A stretch of DNA of 64,000 nucleotides from an uncultured virus (IMG/VR IMGVR_UViG_3300015608_002806). Lineage: Duplodnaviria; Heunggongvirae; Uroviricota; Caudoviricetes. Each line of letters begins with the position of its first letter. The first letter of the stretch is position 1. Of this stretch, positions 60,169 through 64,000 are shown piece by piece. The notes under the pieces are model-generated. The model searched no databases. It was given only the letters and a program-made list of their open reading frames with translations, and had not been told where the DNA came from. A program made the position numbers and the translations under genes. The stretch is from IMG/VR virus record IMGVR_UViG_3300015608_002806; one strand, given 5' to 3'.

Positions 60169-60397
60169 TTTGTTGTTTCTCCCAATCTGTACAATATGAT
60201 AATTTTATATTGTGTTTTGTTTTTATTGTTTCAAATAAATTATTATTTTCTTCTTTGTTTATAAAATAATAATTTAATTTATAAAAACATAAAATTGATG
60301 TATTTTCATACATCCACGTCCAAAGACTAAATTTATCTTTTTTGATAAAAAAACAAAGACACATTTGTTTTTCATCCATTGTATCAAATATAATCAT
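60149..60397 (-). CDS. Hypothetical protein
   Basis: Probable start MIIFDT after AAGGA. Confidence 0.45.
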   Translation of the reverse strand: MIIFDTMDEKQMCLCFFIKKDKFSLWTWMYENTSILCFYKLNYYFINKEENNNLFETIKTKHNIKLSYCTDWEKQQIENAEI

Positions 60398-60408
60398 TTT
60401 TGTTTTCC

Positions 60409-60828
60409 TTAAATTAATTTTCCAATTAAATGATCGTATTCGTGAAGACAAATTCTTGCAATGAATCCATCATATTTATCTACATGATTATTGAAATTTT
60501 CATCAAAATATGAAATTTCAATTTTTGATCCTCTTGGAATTGGTCTAAATTTATTAGGCACAGATAAACATCCTTCTGTTATAAGTATTGTATCTGTTGA
60601 TTCTTTGATTTTCGGATTAATAAATACTTTCTGTACATTTTCGTATATTACAACAAATAAATTAATATTTAATCCAATTTGAGGAGCAGCTAATCCAACA
60701 CCATTATTTGATTTACATGTTTCATACATGTTTTTTATTAATTCTAACAATTCAGGATATTCTGAAGAAATATCTTCTGATTTATTTAAAAGTATTTGAT
60801 TTGGTGTTTTAATAATTGGTAAAATCAT
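60409..60828 (-). CDS. def: Peptide deformylase (short, phage-type)
   Basis: GVGLAAPQIG, EGCLS, HEYDHLIG; ends right after motif 3. Confidence 0.95.
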   Translation of the reverse strand: MILPIIKTPNQILLNKSEDISSEYPELLELIKNMYETCKSNNGVGLAAPQIGLNINLFVVIYENVQKVFINPKIKESTDTILITEGCLSVPNKFRPIPRGSKIEISYFDENFNNHVDKYDGFIARICLHEYDHLIGKLI

Positions 60829-60835
60829 TTGTGGA

Positions 60836-61814
60836 TCATTTATATTGTGTGTGGGTCATTAAGTTTTTGAAAAAATAATTTTTATTATTTTGTTCAATTG
60901 GTTCGTTAGTTAAACAAATTAAACATTGATTAAATCTGTTTAATTTTACTTTTAATTTTGTATTATTTGAAATGTACGCAATGTAAGTAAGATTATTCCA
61001 GATATTATTTAAAATAAATATGTCAATCATGTAATATATTTTTATTAGAATTTGAATCTTTTTCAAGACATTCAGTTAGTTTTTCAATAGAATAAAATAA
61101 TTCTCCTGTTGAAATATTAATTACTTGAAATTCAATTAAAGGATTAATTTCTAATTCATATTTATTATTTGTAATATTTAATAAATTTATTACTGATTGC
61201 AAATTTTTATTTGTTTTGTTTTTTGAAATTATTTTAAACATTTTTAGCCTTTCATTTATAGCGCTTCATTATTTTTGTAGCAGATTTATTTTCTTTAGCT
61301 TTTAAAAATGATTTTTTAAAAAAACCAAATTTAAATACATTATTTTTATAAAAAGCTAAATAAAATTGAGTGTTTGAGCAATAATAAGAAATAATACAAT
61401 TTGGGTCATACTTACAAATATCAACATTAATCATATTTGTGAATAATTTCATTTTGAAGGTGAAATGTTTTAGATCTCATTGTAAAATTCAAAAATTGAC
61501 AATAGTATAAATAATATGAATCATAATTTTGTGTATTTGTTGCACGAACTGCAATTATTTTGTTTTTATTTATGTAATAATCACATATTAAATTTGCTTT
61601 ATTAAGTGTTAGTTGAATCATTTTATTCCTTGTATTTTTTTAATATCCAAATTTTATTATTATAATTTTTTATTAGTTTTACAATATTATTTTTTTCAAC
61701 ATAAAATATTTTATTTTGTACATTATTAGAAACCAATACGCTTAATACAAGATTTTTGTTTATTTCAAAACATACTTTGGTGTATAATTTTTTTCTATTT
61801 TGTACACAAATCAT
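60836..61814 (-). CDS. Run of five small overlapping hypothetical ORFs (63-76 aa)
   Basis: ORFs 60836..61066, 61023..61241, 61252..61452, 61427..61621, 61623..61814 tile the interval on one strand. Confidence 0.4.
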
Positions 61815-63385
61815 TTGTTTTCTTTTGTGATTTCTGTTATTGAGCCATTTGATAAAATTAACATTTTAACAACATTTACTGCATTCTCTATTGCGTTAGA
61901 AATACACATTGTTACATCAATAATTCCTGACTCAAATGCATTTACTTTTTTGTTATTTTTTAAATCGACAGTTTCTGATTTTGAAAGATTTTCATAAAGT
62001 TTTTTGTCAATATTTGAATTTTCACACAAAATATTATATGGTTGTCTAAGACAATCTTGCCAAATTTGTGAAAATTTATTTATATATTGTGTTTGTTCCA
62101 AAAGATCAGCAACATATTTTAAAGCACAACCTCCACCGGGCAATATTCCTGATTTAACAGCAGAGGCACAGGCTGAAATTGCGTCTTCTGTTCTATGTTT
62201 TCTTTCAATTCTATCCAATTCTGAGTTTCCACCAACATAAAAATAACAAGCCAGTGATGACAAATTTGTAATTCTTGAATTTAATTTTAACAATTCAGTT
62301 TCATCTTCATTATTTTGCAGTTCTGATTTTAATTGTGAAATTCTTAAGTCTATAGAGCCTTCTTTTGATGCTCCATTAACCAATAAAGATTTTGTTCTTG
62401 AACATTCAATTTTTTCACAAAATCCCAAATCATCAAAACTAAATGATGAAATCGGTAATGAATTTTCTTTTCCAAAAACAGTACCACCAACAAAAACACC
62501 AAGATCATCAATTAGATTAATTCTATCTTTGCCAAAAATTGGAATTTGAATTGGAATAAATTTATTTATTGATTCTTTATCTGTTGATAATTTTATTATT
62601 GTTGAAAGGATCTGATCATTAAAATCGTGACCAATTATAATAATCTTTTTAGGAATAGACATACATTGTTTTAATACATTTAACAAATCATTGGAATATT
62701 TAATAGATTCATTTATTATTAAAATTGCACAATCTTCAATTTTTAAAATTGCTTCATTGATTGGAAGCAGTTTACTCGTTGCCAGCCCACCAGAAACCCT
62801 AAATCCATCCGTTATTTCAATGTAGGATTTGTCATTGGTCGTCTCGCGTATCTGTACCATGCCATCGGCACCAATTGCCTCAATTGATTTGGAGACCAGA
62901 TCTGCCAATTCTGAATCACCATTTGTAGAAATCATTGCAACATTTTTAAGATCATTAATTGTTTCAATTTCTTTTGAAGAATTAATTAAAAGATTTTTGA
63001 TAATTGGCAATGTTTCATCAAAGTTTTTTGCTATTTCAACAGGATGAATTCCTTGTTTTTTCAATTCAAATGCTGCTTTTAGTAGAAAATAAGACAAAAT
63101 TGATGTGCTGCTTGTACCATCGCCCGCAACCTTTGCGGTTTTTTCAGCAGCTTTTCTGATAAAATCAGCACCAATTGATTCAATTGGATCTTCCAGGTCA
63201 AAAAATTTAGCAACAGTGTATCCATCTTTTGTTACAATTGGTAATTTGTCTTTTTGTTTTAAAACAATTGTTCGACCATTTGGCCCAAATGTTTTAGATA
63301 CAACTTGAAATAATTTTTCAACACCTGAAATTATTTTTTTGTCAAAATCTTCATCTAAATTAATTTGCTTGATTGTATTTTGCAT
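61811..63385 (-). CDS. groEL: GroEL-like chaperonin
   Basis: TFGPNGR, VTKDGYTVA, AGDGTSS, EDAI.A...A...GILPGGG, GIID. Confidence 0.92.
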   Translation of the reverse strand: MQNTIKQINLDEDFDKKIISGVEKLFQVVSKTFGPNGRTIVLKQKDKLPIVTKDGYTVAKFFDLEDPIESIGADFIRKAAEKTAKVAGDGTSSTSILSYFLLKAAFELKKQGIHPVEIAKNFDETLPIIKNLLINSSKEIETINDLKNVAMISTNGDSELADLVSKSIEAIGADGMVQIRETTNDKSYIEITDGFRVSGGLATSKLLPINEAILKIEDCAILIINESIKYSNDLLNVLKQCMSIPKKIIIIGHDFNDQILSTIIKLSTDKESINKFIPIQIPIFGKDRINLIDDLGVFVGGTVFGKENSLPISSFSFDDLGFCEKIECSRTKSLLVNGASKEGSIDLRISQLKSELQNNEDETELLKLNSRITNLSSLACYFYVGGNSELDRIERKHRTEDAISACASAVKSGILPGGGCALKYVADLLEQTQYINKFSQIWQDCLRQPYNILCENSNIDKKLYENLSKSETVDLKNNKKVNAFESGIIDVTMCISNAIENAVNVVKMLILSNGSITEITKENK

Positions 63386-63407
63386 TATTTCCTTTTTTTT
63401 AAATGTT

Positions 63408-63596
63408 TTATTTATATGTTTTTATAATACATCTATAACTTGATTTATTGGTTAAAAACATATTTTTGATTTCAAAATCTTTTTCAATTTCTATATTTTC
63501 TTTATGGTCTCCAGTTTTGAATGAATTTAAATTATAAATATTGTTTATTTTATAAGATAAATCACAATAATTTTTTTCTAGAAAAATTTTAATCAT
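63408..63596 (-). CDS. Small hypothetical protein
   Basis: 62 aa ORF with AAGG upstream. Confidence 0.4.
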   Translation of the reverse strand: MIKIFLEKNYCDLSYKINNIYNLNSFKTGDHKENIEIEKDFEIKNMFLTNKSSYRCIIKTYK

Positions 63597-63771
63597 TTAT
63601 ATTGCCTTACAAAACTACAGAAAAAATAATTTCTTTTTAAAATTTTTAATTCAAATTGTTGCCCGTTTGTTGTTTGATAAACATATAAACCTTTATAATA
63701 TAAAAATCCAATAAAATTCTTTTCTGCTCTAATAAGAATATTAGGTTGATTATTATTAATACTAATAAACA

Positions 63772-63966
63772 TTAAAAATCCTTGTATATTTTTATTACAG
63801 TATTATATGAATTAATATCACGTAAATAACATCCAAAACTTGGCATTACAATAATTTCAAAACCTTGAGTAAAATAATGTATACAATATAATTTGTCGCA
63901 AAAAAATATTTCACAGAAATCTTTTGTTATTCGTATGTCTGTTCTGTTGATTTCTATAATTTTCAT
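63772..63966 (-). CDS. Small hypothetical protein
   Basis: 64 aa ORF. Confidence 0.4.
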   Translation of the reverse strand: MKIIEINRTDIRITKDFCEIFFCDKLYCIHYFTQGFEIIVMPSFGCYLRDINSYNTVIKIYKDF

Positions 63967-64000
63967 ATTTTATACTTATTGTTCAGAATAATTTAAATTG

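Noticed and set aside
1..64000. Alternative genetic code (stop-codon reassignment)
   Set aside because: Conserved genes are full length under code 11, and TAA, TGA and TAG all end genes at sensible positions.

Overview
Very AT-rich, gene-dense segment of a large T4-related (myovirus, probably jumbo) phage genome, read with the standard bacterial code. Minus strand, 1-37.3 kb: baseplate genes (gp6-, gp25- and gp5-like), a gp55-like late sigma factor, an ~18 kb nucleotide-sugar/glycosyltransferase island (one glycosyltransferase carries a mini-intein, another is frameshifted) and probable internal head proteins. Plus strand, 37.3-59.9 kb: prohead scaffold, gp23-like major capsid protein, a free-standing endonuclease, a hub-like protein and a replication module (short PolA-like, tubulin-like, gp32-like SSB, RecA/UvsX, 5'-3' exonuclease, DnaB-like helicase, nrdB/nrdA, HAD-IIB, adenine MTase). 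The window ends with peptide deformylase, a GroEL-like chaperonin and small ORFs on the minus strand. Two signals stand out. First, four near-identical genes built from 28-aa MORN-like repeats sit exactly in stop/start junctions and show junction direct repeats, variable repeat number and mosaic ends. Second, recurrent ~120-150 bp islands of synonymous GC enrichment lie inside unrelated genes. I saw no tRNA, rRNA, CRISPR array or reverse transcriptase. All protein calls come from recognising motifs by eye, not from database searches. There is an assembly gap at 58743-58948.
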